IMG/VR virus record: IMGVR_UViG_3300046170_000519
Location: 124,001-188,000 of that record
DNA length: 64,000 bases
Direction: 5' to 3' (one strand)
The position numbers and the translations under genes were made by a program. The stretch's first letter is position 1; the number at the start of each line of letters is the position of its first letter. Positions 51,950 through 61,370 of this stretch are shown in pieces. The notes beneath the pieces are model-generated. The model did not search any database. It worked only from the letters and a program-made list of their open reading frames with translations, and was not told the DNA's origin.

Positions 51950-52632
51950 GATTTTTTATGAAGAATTTTTGTATTGGGATATAAACTAATAACCTCATCT
52001 AAAGTTTTTTTTGAATCAATAGGGTCGCTTATGTTGACGATAAAGTCTGTATTAATAAAATTATTATAATAATCTTTATCATTTTTGCAAGATTCATAAA
52101 TCGCAACATCAAAACTTAAATAACTTAATCCATGAGAGACTTTTCTAAGTAAAAATTTTTCAGATTTATCTAATATTTTTTTTAATTGTTTAGAGTTTTT
52201 ATAAATAGCAACTCCATTTAAATGCTCTCGATAACTTAAGTTTTTATGATATACATTATCGCCTTTATATTTTGATCCTGCTATAATAAAATTATTATTA
52301 TTTACAAAAATTAAAAAAGTAGAGATCCACCCGTCTATTAACTCAACATCTGTTTCTAATAGTAGAAAACTTTTGTATTTTATTGGGTAATCAATTAAGT
52401 AGTTTAATGATTCAAAGAAAAGAATATTAGGGCCAGATGTTAAACTATAAGGAGTTATTTCCGTCGGATTAAAAGGGTGAAAACTTTTATCATAAACATC
52501 TTCCGAGCTATTTAAATTTAAATTTACAAAATATATATTAAAATTATACTTTAACTTTTTTTCTTTTATATATTTCTCAAAGCTTTTGCTTGAAGCATTT
52601 ACAAAAATAAAAAAATCAAATACATCACGCAA
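51946..52632 (-). CDS. hypothetical protein, possible GT-A fold glycosyltransferase
   Basis: FLLLETDV (DxD-like ETD), HLNGVAIY, SFDV; operon context. Confidence 0.5.
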   Translation of the reverse strand: MRDVFDFFIFVNASSKSFEKYIKEKKLKYNFNIYFVNLNLNSSEDVYDKSFHPFNPTEITPYSLTSGPNILFFESLNYLIDYPIKYKSFLLLETDVELIDGWISTFLIFVNNNNFIIAGSKYKGDNVYHKNLSYREHLNGVAIYKNSKQLKKILDKSEKFLLRKVSHGLSYLSFDVAIYESCKNDKDYYNNFINTDFIVNISDPIDSKKTLDEVISLYPNTKILHKKS

Positions 52633-52752
52633 ATTATTATTTATATTTTTTTTAAAAAAATTTTCTAAACTTCCATTTTTATACTCTTTTAAAGTGCAAA
52701 GTAAAAAAATGCAGTTATATATTTTATTTTTTTTTTATATTTTTTCAATATA

Positions 52753-55206
52753 TTACTGGCAGCTTTCACAAGATTCTCCTTTAGCTCTAGCCTCTAGGCT
52801 ACAAGATTTAGGTTCAGATTTAGATTCACCTGTGGATTTTTCTACTTTACTAGCAGCTCTATTGCGTAAATAATATGTAGTTTTAAGTCCTAACTGCCAA
52901 CACTTAAAGTAAATATCATTTAAATATTTTAAGGATGTTGTTTTGTTATAAAGGTTAAAACTTATAGCTTGATCAACCCACTTTTGACGAACAGAATTGA
53001 TTTCTATTAATTTTAACATGTCTCTATCAAATGCAGTTTTATACTTATTTTTTAAATCTTCTGGAATATTTTCGTTAGTTAGAGATAAATCACCATCAAT
53101 GCTTTTTATGAATGAAGCTATTTCTGGATTCCAGAGACCTCTATCTTTCATATCATTGACAAAATGAGGATTAGTGATGTAGAAATTACCACTTTTATTT
53201 TCATAAACAAAAAGAACAGAAAAATTAGGTTCAATACTTTGCTCCACACCATTTATATATCCTATGGTTGCGGTTGGAGCTATAGCCATTACATTTGAAT
53301 TTCTCATACCATGCTTAGAAATATGACTCCTAACTTTTTCCCAATCTTTTAGATTTTCTGTAGATTTGTTTTTTTCTCCCCTGTATGACATTAAATTATT
53401 GAAAGAGTCAATAGGTAGAATATTTTTACTCCACAGTGATCCATTATAACTACTATAAGATCCTTTTTCTCTAGCTAAAAGGGAGCTGGCATAAATTGCA
53501 TGACAGGAATAAAACTCAAAAAGTTTGTCGTTAAAACTCTTAGCTTCATCGCTGTCAATTTGAATATTCATTTTATGTAAAACATCGTGTATTGACATCA
53601 TTCCTAGGCCAATTGGTCTATGCTTTAAGTTGCTATTTTCAGCTTCTTTTGTTGGGTAGAAATTTAGATCAATTACATTATCAAGTATTCTAATAGCTGT
53701 ATGTATTGTTGATTTTAATTTATTAAAATCGATGCAATAACCAGTTTTGCCATGAGTTGTTTTTTCTTTTAAATGATTTAATATATTGATAGAACCTAAA
53801 TTGCAAACAGCTGTTTCTCCTATTTCTGTTTTTTCTCCCTGATTGTATTTTGATGGTTTTGTGTGTAGAGTAATTTCCGTGCAAAGATTTGAGCTATTGA
53901 CCGCACCCTTATGTTGATTAGTGTATCGAATATTACAGGGGTCTTTAAATGTATTCCATGGGTGAGATGTTTCAAAGAGAACTTTAAGCATTTTTTTCCA
54001 AAGATCTTTTGCGGGGATTATCCGATAATTTTTAATTAAACCTGCATCTGCCGCTTTGCATAACTCATCGTATCGAGTGTCAAACTGATCTCCGAAAAGA
54101 TCATGCAAGGTTTTTCCGTCATCACCTTCTGTATCTTTTGGGTCAAAGAAATACCAAACATCTTCTTTTTGGACCCTACGCATAAATTCATCAGGAATCC
54201 ATGCTGCGGTATTCATGTCGTGACAGCGTAAGCGGTCGTCTCCTGTATTTCTCCTTAAGTTTAAAAAATCTTCAAAATCTAAATGCCATGGCTCTAAATA
54301 AGCACATCCAGCACCTGGGCGCTTCCCTCCTTGATTGACAGCAACTAAAAGGTCGTTGTATATTTTCAACCAAGGAACTAAACCGCTAGAAATACCATTA
54401 GTCCCTTCAATATGAGAACCTGTAGAACGAAATGGTGTTACATCAAGACCTAAGCCTCCAGCATATTTTGATTTGCGAGCTTCTTGCCAAGCACCGTCAA
54501 ATATCCCATCAATACTATCATCAAAAGTATTTAAGTAGCAGGAACTAAGTTGAGAGTGAGTGGTTCCGCTATTAAAAAGAGTTGGGGTTGAGGGAGTGTA
54601 CAAGAATTGACTAAACAAATTGTAAAATTCTATAGCTTTTTCGTTTTTATTTTTTTCGTTGATTGCTAGTCCCATTGCGACTCGCATCCAAAAACTTTGG
54701 GGAGCCTCCATGCATTTTTCATCCACCCTAATAAAATATCTGTCTGTTAAAATCTGTATACCTAAATATTTAAAATCTAAATCTCTTCTAATTTTAATAG
54801 ATTCAGCAAGCTTTTGTAAGTCGAAGTTTAGTAATTTTTCATCAAGCCTGTTTTCTTTTACTAGCTTTTTTGTATTTTGAATGAAACTTTTTCTATATTG
54901 TAATTTAAAAGTGTCTGAATCCACACCTTCTTTAAAAACTTCTTTATATAGATTATTTAATAATAATCTAGCCGCAGCAAAAGAGTAATTAGGCTCTTTT
55001 TCTATTTTTTCTCTAGCTGATAAAATCAAAGCTTGATCGATCTCTTTTGTTGTTATTTTGTCAAAAAGCTGTAATTGTGCATCTAGAACTATTTCGCTGG
55101 CAGATACATCGGTAATTCCTTCACAAGCTCTTTGCGAGCTTGCATTAATTTTATCTACATGAAATTTTTCAAGCCTTCCGTTTCTTTTCTTTACTTTTAT
55201 ATTCAT
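52753..55206 (-). CDS. nrdA: ribonucleotide reductase alpha subunit with N-terminal ATP cone
   Basis: VKKRNG ATP cone, TPTLFNSG, SSCY, SNLCTEI, APTAT, KTTYYLR, C-terminal CESCQ. Confidence 0.97.
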   Translation of the reverse strand: MNIKVKKRNGRLEKFHVDKINASSQRACEGITDVSASEIVLDAQLQLFDKITTKEIDQALILSAREKIEKEPNYSFAAARLLLNNLYKEVFKEGVDSDTFKLQYRKSFIQNTKKLVKENRLDEKLLNFDLQKLAESIKIRRDLDFKYLGIQILTDRYFIRVDEKCMEAPQSFWMRVAMGLAINEKNKNEKAIEFYNLFSQFLYTPSTPTLFNSGTTHSQLSSCYLNTFDDSIDGIFDGAWQEARKSKYAGGLGLDVTPFRSTGSHIEGTNGISSGLVPWLKIYNDLLVAVNQGGKRPGAGCAYLEPWHLDFEDFLNLRRNTGDDRLRCHDMNTAAWIPDEFMRRVQKEDVWYFFDPKDTEGDDGKTLHDLFGDQFDTRYDELCKAADAGLIKNYRIIPAKDLWKKMLKVLFETSHPWNTFKDPCNIRYTNQHKGAVNSSNLCTEITLHTKPSKYNQGEKTEIGETAVCNLGSINILNHLKEKTTHGKTGYCIDFNKLKSTIHTAIRILDNVIDLNFYPTKEAENSNLKHRPIGLGMMSIHDVLHKMNIQIDSDEAKSFNDKLFEFYSCHAIYASSLLAREKGSYSSYNGSLWSKNILPIDSFNNLMSYRGEKNKSTENLKDWEKVRSHISKHGMRNSNVMAIAPTATIGYINGVEQSIEPNFSVLFVYENKSGNFYITNPHFVNDMKDRGLWNPEIASFIKSIDGDLSLTNENIPEDLKNKYKTAFDRDMLKLIEINSVRQKWVDQAISFNLYNKTTSLKYLNDIYFKCWQLGLKTTYYLRNRAASKVEKSTGESKSEPKSCSLEARAKGESCESCQ

Positions 55207-55238
55207 ATAATTTTAGATATTTTGCAATGATAACACAT

Positions 55239-55243
55239 TACAC
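55239..55243 (-). promoter_or_regulatory. GTGTA motif upstream of nrdA
   Basis: Minus strand TTAGTGTAATGTGTT, 33 nt before the ATG. Confidence 0.35.
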
Positions 55244-55287
55244 TAATATAATCAAGACGAAACAGAAAAAAAGATATTAACAAAAAA

Positions 55288-56148
55288 TTAATTATCAAAT
55301 ACTGCGGACTTAAATTCTCCCCAGTCTAACTTATCTCTGACATTAAGATTTACCTCCCATGCAGCTTTAAGAACTGTTGGTTGTAGATCATTTTTTTCAA
55401 AAGTATCTATCAATGAGTTAATATCTTTAGGGAAGCATGTACCCCCAAAACCTTTTTGTCCATCATGCCCTGGGACTTGATAATGAGATTGCCCTATTCT
55501 TTTATCTGATAAAACTCCGTTTATAATAGGGTTCCAATCTAACCCAAGTTTTTCAATCAAGGTATAAATTTCATTAAAGAAACTAACTTTACAAGCAAAA
55601 AAACAATTAGCTATATATTTGACCGACTCAGATTCGTCGCTCTTCATTAACATTGTTTTAATGTTAGGAAAAGCTGATTGTAATAATTTTTCAACAAGAT
55701 GTCCTGTTCTTTTATTATTAGTAAATCCGACGATATGTCTGTCAGCATTAAGGAAATCTTCTTTAGCAAATTTAGCAGTTAAGAATTCTGGACTATGAAC
55801 AATATTTAGATTTGGATATTTGTCTTGCAGGTCTTTTGTTGTGCCGATTGGAACCGTAGATTTTATAATTAAAATAGGATTAGACTTCACCTTTTCTGAA
55901 ACCTCTTTAAGGCAGGAATTTATAATTGATAAATTACATTCGCCACCTCTTAGGGATCTCATTGGGGTTGGAACGCAAATAAAAACAAAATCTTGCGAAA
56001 CAACTTCTTCAAGCGAATTTTTTGATAATTTTTTATTTTTGTCAAAAATTTTTACATTAAATTTTTGGAAACCATTGGCGATAGCGGAGCCAACAAAACC
56101 ATTGCCGATTACGCCAATGTTTAATTTACTGAGATTGATTTTTTTCAA
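55288..56148 (-). CDS. UDP-glucose/GDP-mannose dehydrogenase family protein (short form)
   Basis: IGNGFVG, FICVPTP, IKSTVP, SPEFL, KYIAN, GFGGTCFPKD. Confidence 0.9.
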   Translation of the reverse strand: MKKINLSKLNIGVIGNGFVGSAIANGFQKFNVKIFDKNKKLSKNSLEEVVSQDFVFICVPTPMRSLRGGECNLSIINSCLKEVSEKVKSNPILIIKSTVPIGTTKDLQDKYPNLNIVHSPEFLTAKFAKEDFLNADRHIVGFTNNKRTGHLVEKLLQSAFPNIKTMLMKSDESESVKYIANCFFACKVSFFNEIYTLIEKLGLDWNPIINGVLSDKRIGQSHYQVPGHDGQKGFGGTCFPKDINSLIDTFEKNDLQPTVLKAAWEVNLNVRDKLDWGEFKSAVFDN

Positions 56149-57040
56149 TCCAATCCTCCAGTTTTTGTTTGGGAATCCAGTTCAATAACTCTCTGGCTTT
56201 ATTGTTATTAGCTTGAGTTTCTTTAGCTTCTCCAAGTCTAGCTGGAATATGAGTAAATTCACCCCCTATTAAATCTTTAATTTCATTAACGGAATGATTT
56301 AAACCTGTCCCAAGATTTATAAGTTCACCCACAGGCTTTTTGTTGTCGAGATTAGCTGCTAAAATATTTGCTTTAGCAATATCTTTTACATAAGTGAAAT
56401 CTCTTCTCTGTGTTCCATCTCCTACAATTGTCATTAGTTCTTTGTTTGATTTTTGTCTAAGAAAAATTCCTATGACGGGAGCATATTGACCTTTCAGGGG
56501 CTGTCTTTCGCCATAGACATTGAAATATCTAAAACAAACTGTTTCTATATTAAATAGATTTGTATACATAAAGCACAGATCTTCTCCAGCGGTTTTTGTT
56601 ACAGAATAAGGATTCAAGCAATCCTTGGGCATATCTTCTCTTTGGGGAGGAGTATTTTTTAAACCATAAGCTGCTGATGTAGAGCTGTAAATGACTCTTT
56701 TAACATTATTTATTTTTGCAGCCTGTAGTACAGAACAGGTTCCTACAACGTTTGTTTTAGCTGCTAATATTGGGTTTTCTAAAGTTGGCTGAATGCGAGC
56801 TTCCGCTGCAAGGTGGAAAATAACATCAACACCTTTACATAATGGAGAAAAGTGATCGAAGTCGCAAACATCAACTTTAAAATTTTTTGTTTCTTTATTC
56901 CAGAAGAATTCACTATTGGCATCAGAAGACTCATTGTCGACCACAGTGACTTCATTTCCTAAAGATAGTAGTTGATCAACAACATGAGAGCCTATAAAAC
57001 CAGCTCCTCCAGTGACTAAACATTTTTTATTTTTAATCAT
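56126..57040 (-). CDS. NAD-dependent epimerase (UDP-glucose/GlcNAc 4-epimerase-like)
   Basis: TGGAGFIGSH, FHLAA, SSTSAAYG, PYSVTK, RYFNVYG, RDFTYVKD. Confidence 0.92.
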   Translation of the reverse strand: MIKNKKCLVTGGAGFIGSHVVDQLLSLGNEVTVVDNESSDANSEFFWNKETKNFKVDVCDFDHFSPLCKGVDVIFHLAAEARIQPTLENPILAAKTNVVGTCSVLQAAKINNVKRVIYSSTSAAYGLKNTPPQREDMPKDCLNPYSVTKTAGEDLCFMYTNLFNIETVCFRYFNVYGERQPLKGQYAPVIGIFLRQKSNKELMTIVGDGTQRRDFTYVKDIAKANILAANLDNKKPVGELINLGTGLNHSVNEIKDLIGGEFTHIPARLGEAKETQANNNKARELLNWIPKQKLEDWIEKNQSQ

Positions 57041-57051
57041 AATAAATATTT

Positions 57052-57079
57052 ATTATAACTCAAGTATTTGAGAAATCAA
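57052..57079 (-). promoter_or_regulatory. sigma70-type promoter for the epimerase/dehydrogenase operon
   Basis: TTGATT, 16-nt spacer, TATAAT; 12 nt upstream of the 57040 ATG. Confidence 0.55.
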
Positions 57080-57186
57080 TTTTTTTTCTATATAATATAT
57101 ATAATATATAATATATATAATATTAAAAGATATATATATTTCTATAGATAATATAGAAAAAATTAAAAGATATATAAAATATATGA
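57080..57186. other. extremely AT-rich divergent intergenic region, candidate unwinding element/origin
   Basis: TATAATATA runs and two copies of attaaaagatatata; lies where gene orientation switches. Confidence 0.35.
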
Positions 57187-57215
57187 TTGACTTTTCGTCA
57201 ACATAATGATATTAT
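57187..57215 (+). promoter_or_regulatory. sigma70-type promoter
   Basis: TTGACT, 17-nt spacer, TATTAT; contains the inverted repeat TTGAC-N5-GTCAA. Confidence 0.75.
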
Positions 57216-57226
57216 TTTAGGCTTTA

Positions 57227-57529
57227 ATGAAAAATATGTTTAGAATAATTAAGGAAGATTACTTAAATCAATATTTTGTGACATCTTCAAACTGGGAAAA
57301 TACAATCCTAGCATCATCTAGTTCGGAGGCTGTATCCAGAAGTCTTGAAATAGCTTTTGATCAGCAAGGAGATAGATTATTATTATCACCAGCGATAATT
57401 GTTGTTGATATGACTAATTTTTGCTTGAATTTTTCCGAAGATCACACTAAAGTATACTCTACTGAATTAATACTTCACGATATAGGTAGACACGATTTAG
57501 CAAAAAAATTTAAAAAAATTATAAAATGA
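57227..57529 (+). CDS. hypothetical protein
   Basis: 100-aa ORF after a promoter, ATGA overlap with the next gene. Confidence 0.75.
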   Translation: MKNMFRIIKEDYLNQYFVTSSNWENTILASSSSEAVSRSLEIAFDQQGDRLLLSPAIIVVDMTNFCLNFSEDHTKVYSTELILHDIGRHDLAKKFKKIIK

Positions 57530-58062
57530 TTATCGGGGTTTCAGGTAATGCGAGGGCAGGAAAAGATACTTTTTGCAATCTATATAAAGAAAATAAAGAT
57601 AAGAACACCAAGCGTGTAGCTTTTGCAGATGCAATTAAGGAAGAGTTAAAAAATCTTCTACTTACTAATTTTAACATAAATCCTTTAAATTGCTCAGATG
57701 AAGAAAAGGAAATCATTAGACCCCTACTAGTATCATACGGCACTGATGTAGCTAGAAAATTGAATAAAAATCATTGGATTGATAAAATCAAAGATCAACT
57801 TATATTAAATGAATCAAAGCGAATTACAACAATAATTACTGACGTAAGATATAAAAATGAGCAAGATTATATTAGAAGTTTTAAAAATTCACTACTGATA
57901 CACATTAATCGAGAAGGCTTTCCTCCAATGAATATTGAAGAATCCAAAAACTCTCCAATATTAGAAAAAAATTCTGATTTTGTATTTAATTGGAAAACAT
58001 TTGTTAACAACGAAGATCCACATATATATTTTAATAAATTCCTAAATGAATCAAAATTATAA
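57526..58062 (+). CDS. deoxynucleoside monophosphate kinase (phage dNMP kinase)
   Basis: GVSGNARAGKDT P-loop, FADAIK, IITDVRYKNE. Confidence 0.85.
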   Translation: MIIGVSGNARAGKDTFCNLYKENKDKNTKRVAFADAIKEELKNLLLTNFNINPLNCSDEEKEIIRPLLVSYGTDVARKLNKNHWIDKIKDQLILNESKRITTIITDVRYKNEQDYIRSFKNSLLIHINREGFPPMNIEESKNSPILEKNSDFVFNWKTFVNNEDPHIYFNKFLNESKL

Positions 58063-58654
58063 CAACGAAGAAGATAACAAATTAATTAATGAAATAAAAA
58101 AAGGAATTAATGCAAGTTTAAATTTCAATTTTTTACTTCAAAAACATTCTCCATTATTTTTCAAGATAAGTAGGTTTTACTTAAATTCTCAAAAGAAAAA
58201 TGTAATTTATGATTTTAATAAAGATAAAAATTTTTACTTTTATAAATTTATTTTAGATTATGATCAGACTAAAGGAACTAAATTCAGTACATATGTTGGT
58301 AATAGAGTAAAGTGGCTTTGTCTTAATATAGTTAACTCAATAAAAAAGAAGTCTACATTAGAGTCCAGCGACTGCCCAGAAGATCTTGACTTCGTAACTG
58401 AAGGCTTAATACCTAATTCAAATATTTCAAGCCAAGATATAACTGATGTAATACAAGTATTAAAAAATGACCCAGATAGAAGAGTTTATGAAATTTTTAA
58501 GTACAGATACTTACAAGGAAAAGAAAATAATGTTATGCCATGGAAAGAGGTCTGTAAAAAAAGTGAATTAAACTTAAGTATTCAGGGTTGTATAAATATA
58601 CATAATAAATTTATAAAAAAAATAAAAAATAAACAAAAAACAAAACAATACTAA
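58046..58654 (+). CDS. phage sigma70-family RNA polymerase sigma factor
   Basis: YDQTKGTKFSTYV region-2 motif; C-terminal helix-turn-helix-like segment. Confidence 0.75.
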   Translation: MNQNYNNEEDNKLINEIKKGINASLNFNFLLQKHSPLFFKISRFYLNSQKKNVIYDFNKDKNFYFYKFILDYDQTKGTKFSTYVGNRVKWLCLNIVNSIKKKSTLESSDCPEDLDFVTEGLIPNSNISSQDITDVIQVLKNDPDRRVYEIFKYRYLQGKENNVMPWKEVCKKSELNLSIQGCINIHNKFIKKIKNKQKTKQY

Positions 58655-58656
58655 TC

Positions 58657-59106
58657 ATGGCTTTTTATTTAAATCAATTCCATTGCATAGGAAATTTAGT
58701 TGCCGATCCTGAAATTAAAAATGCTGGATCTACAAAAGTCTGTAAATTCAGAATTGCAGTTAATAATCCTCATAATGAATCTGCGTTATTTTTTTATGTG
58801 GATGTTTGGGGTAAAGAGGGAGAAAAATGTATGCTTCTCAAGAAAGGAGCTCAAGTCTTTATATCTAATGCTTCAATTATACCTAAGCAATACCAAAAAG
58901 ACTGTAACGGAACTCCAGTCTCTTGCACAACATTCACCGTAAATGTGGACGGTTATTGCGGTAAGGTTCAATTTGGTCCAAAAACTGAGATCCCAAGCTC
59001 CAATAAAATATCAAAAAATAAAACTAATAAAATTAACAACCCAGCAGAAACAAAAGAAAGCGATGAAGAAGATTATTCCGATTTCGAGCAAGAATTTGAG
59101 TTTTAA
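58657..59106 (+). CDS. ssb: single-stranded DNA-binding protein
   Basis: LNQFHCIGNLVADPE, FRIAVN, VDVWGKEGE, KKGAQV; acidic C-terminus ending EFEF. Confidence 0.9.
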   Translation: MAFYLNQFHCIGNLVADPEIKNAGSTKVCKFRIAVNNPHNESALFFYVDVWGKEGEKCMLLKKGAQVFISNASIIPKQYQKDCNGTPVSCTTFTVNVDGYCGKVQFGPKTEIPSSNKISKNKTNKINNPAETKESDEEDYSDFEQEFEF

Positions 59107-60359
59107 TCTTTATTCGAGGTTTTTCTCCAGTCCATAATCTCTTCTATTCTTTGAGGAAAAACTTTCTTTTTTTTCTCTTTTTTGTTTTCTTTTGAAAGAT
59201 TTAAAACATCCAATTTATTCTCTGGGTTTTTAATGTCTGTAGTTCCAGCAGTTTCTTCGTTTATTTTATTCTTTAATTTTTTGTATGTTTTATTGACTCT
59301 TTCCTTGCTATTAATAAAAGATATTTGAGCCGCTAAAACTAATAAAATAGCCAAAGGATCAAACACTAACATAATAATAATTATTATTACACGAACAGCT
59401 TGATCGGGAGATAGAGAAACAAATCCAGAATCATTTAAAGCTTCTAGAAAATATTTCAATGGCCCTATTTCGGTTTCCATTCGCCTAATGGTTTCCCCTA
59501 AATTGTTTTTTTCTTTTTTAAGTGAATCTATTCTTTCGAAGCTTGATCTTATATATTCATTGCATTCTTCTATTTCTTTTTGTTTTATATCTAAATTATT
59601 GTCTTTCAGTCGGATATTTTCTATAAATTGATTTATCCTAGAATACTCTTTGTTATAATTTTCTCTATAGATTTTTATATTTTCATTATAAATATTTATT
59701 TTATTTTTAATTTCTTGTCTCTGTCCCTCTTGCTTTACTCTTAACTCCTCCAATAACTTTTTTTTGTTAGAAAATAATCCGACCTTTTTACTTTCCAACT
59801 CTTTTATTTCAATGTCTAAAACTTCTTTAGATTTCTCTAGTCTGTTAATTCTTTCAATTTCTATCTCAATATCATCTTTTAATTTTTTTGAAAGAGCATC
59901 TATTCTTGATTGTTCCCTATCTATCTCTTTTTGCTGAATATCTATTCCCACAACTTCCTTTTTTTCTAATTTTTCTATTTGATTTTTGTATTGATTTATT
60001 GAATTTTGCTCGTATTCAATTTGAACATTTAAGTTATCAATTAATGATAATTCTTGATTAGCTTGACTTTTGTGTTCTATATGCGATTTACTTAAAAATC
60101 CAAATATACCTAAGCTGGTTATGCTCATTAAAACAAAAACAGCAAAACTGAAATACAATTTCATTAAAAATTTTGTTTTTGCCCAATTCTTATGCAACCA
60201 TAACACGGTTACCAACTTACCAACCTCAAGGGCTGCTCCCATTATAATTACCGAATATTTAGAGCCTGGAAATATTGTCGATAAACCAAGTATACTAAAA
60301 TAGCCACCTATAATAGATATAGATAATGCAGATAAAATAGTTAAAAAAAATATTTTCAT
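59103..60359 (-). CDS. membrane-anchored coiled-coil protein of a type common in large phages
   Basis: Three N-terminal TM segments (LEVGKLV...W), long coiled coil, GPLKY, TM segment IIIIMLVFDPLAILLVLAA. Confidence 0.8.
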   Translation of the reverse strand: MKIFFLTILSALSISIIGGYFSILGLSTIFPGSKYSVIIMGAALEVGKLVTVLWLHKNWAKTKFLMKLYFSFAVFVLMSITSLGIFGFLSKSHIEHKSQANQELSLIDNLNVQIEYEQNSINQYKNQIEKLEKKEVVGIDIQQKEIDREQSRIDALSKKLKDDIEIEIERINRLEKSKEVLDIEIKELESKKVGLFSNKKKLLEELRVKQEGQRQEIKNKINIYNENIKIYRENYNKEYSRINQFIENIRLKDNNLDIKQKEIEECNEYIRSSFERIDSLKKEKNNLGETIRRMETEIGPLKYFLEALNDSGFVSLSPDQAVRVIIIIIMLVFDPLAILLVLAAQISFINSKERVNKTYKKLKNKINEETAGTTDIKNPENKLDVLNLSKENKKEKKKKVFPQRIEEIMDWRKTSNKD

Positions 60360-60369
60360 ACTCTGTTGT

Positions 60370-60374
60370 TACAC
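60370..60374 (-). promoter_or_regulatory. GTGTA motif upstream of the coiled-coil gene
   Basis: Minus strand AAAAAGTGTAACAACAGAGTATG. Confidence 0.45.
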
Positions 60375-60380
60375 TTTTTC

Positions 60381-60409
60381 TTGATTTTTATATGTTTATA
60401 TGTTACTAT
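60381..60409 (+). promoter_or_regulatory. sigma70-type promoter, probably leaderless transcript
   Basis: TTGATT, 17-nt spacer, TACTAT (overlapping TATAAT at 60407); ATG at 60417. Confidence 0.6.
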
Positions 60410-60416
60410 AATTCTA

Positions 60417-60806
60417 ATGCCTTCTTATATATATAAACATCCTGAAGAAGAAAAATATGTTGAAGTAATTCAATCAATGAACGAAGAGCATATATATTTT
60501 GACGAATCTGGCTTGCAATGGCAAAGAGTTTGGACCAATCCTCAGTTAAACACCGAATCAAATATAGATCCTTTTAGTAATGTAGGTTTTATAGAAAAGA
60601 CTGGAAAAATGAAAGGGTCCTATGGCGACATGATGGACTATTCAAAAGAGCTTTCTGAAAAAAGAAAATCTATACACGGAGGCATTGATCCTGTTCAGCA
60701 AAAATATTTTAAAGATTACTCCGCCAAAAGAAATGGAGCAAAACATGTCCACGAACTAAAGCAAGGAAAGTTTGAAAATAAAAATTTTAAAATATCATAT
60801 GACTAA
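60417..60806 (+). CDS. FmdB-like small protein (MPxYxY start, Cys-less)
   Basis: MPSYIYKHPEEEKYVEVIQSM; the start is re-placed at 60417 because the upstream extension overlaps the promoters. Confidence 0.7.
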   Translation: MPSYIYKHPEEEKYVEVIQSMNEEHIYFDESGLQWQRVWTNPQLNTESNIDPFSNVGFIEKTGKMKGSYGDMMDYSKELSEKRKSIHGGIDPVQQKYFKDYSAKRNGAKHVHELKQGKFENKNFKISYD

Positions 60807-61339
60807 TGAGTATATCAATATACAAACCTAATTCAAAAAATACAGGGTGCGCTTTTAGTTTTCGTTATGGAATTCAAAAAAATGGCGAACCTTGTTTATT
60901 TGTTAATTCTATAAAGCAGTATAGCTGGGATGATTCATCAAAGACTGGAAACTTTTCATCGAATGCTAATGACCCATCCAAAAACTTATCTTTAAAGTTT
61001 AATGAATTTGAATGTGGTTCAATTATCAGTGCTTTAGTAAATCGTTATGAGTATAACACATTCCATAACTACGAACAAAACAAAACCACCATAAAATTTT
61101 CGCCATGGGATAAAGAAATAAAAGTAAGTTCCTTAGACTCAAAAACTAAAAAGTTCATAGAGAAAAAACAAATACTACCTGCTTTTGGCATATCTATTAC
61201 CCGTAACGGCTCTGATACTTTTAAAATTCCTATAGAACCTGGTGAAGTTGAAGTTATTCGCTGTTTTATAGAGTCTATTATAAATAAAATAATTAATTTC
61301 AGAATTAAATCTCAAATAGATAATTTAAAAAAAGCTTGA
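60806..61339 (+). CDS. hypothetical protein (possible PC4/Whirly-like nucleic-acid-binding fold)
   Basis: 177-aa ORF coupled to the previous gene; the fold is a guess from its beta-beta-alpha pattern. Confidence 0.6.
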   Translation: MSISIYKPNSKNTGCAFSFRYGIQKNGEPCLFVNSIKQYSWDDSSKTGNFSSNANDPSKNLSLKFNEFECGSIISALVNRYEYNTFHNYEQNKTTIKFSPWDKEIKVSSLDSKTKKFIEKKQILPAFGISITRNGSDTFKIPIEPGEVEVIRCFIESIINKIINFRIKSQIDNLKKA

Positions 61340-61364
61340 CTTTCTTTAGATTTTTTTCTATAAT
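61336..61364 (+). promoter_or_regulatory. sigma70-type promoter, leaderless
   Basis: TTGACT, 17-nt spacer, TATAAT; ATG 7 nt downstream at 61371. Confidence 0.8.
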
Positions 61365-61370
61365 CACTGC

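Noticed and set aside
60366-60416. TTG/extended start of the 146-aa ORF
   Set aside because: The extension overlaps two promoters; MPSYIY at 60417 fits a leaderless start.
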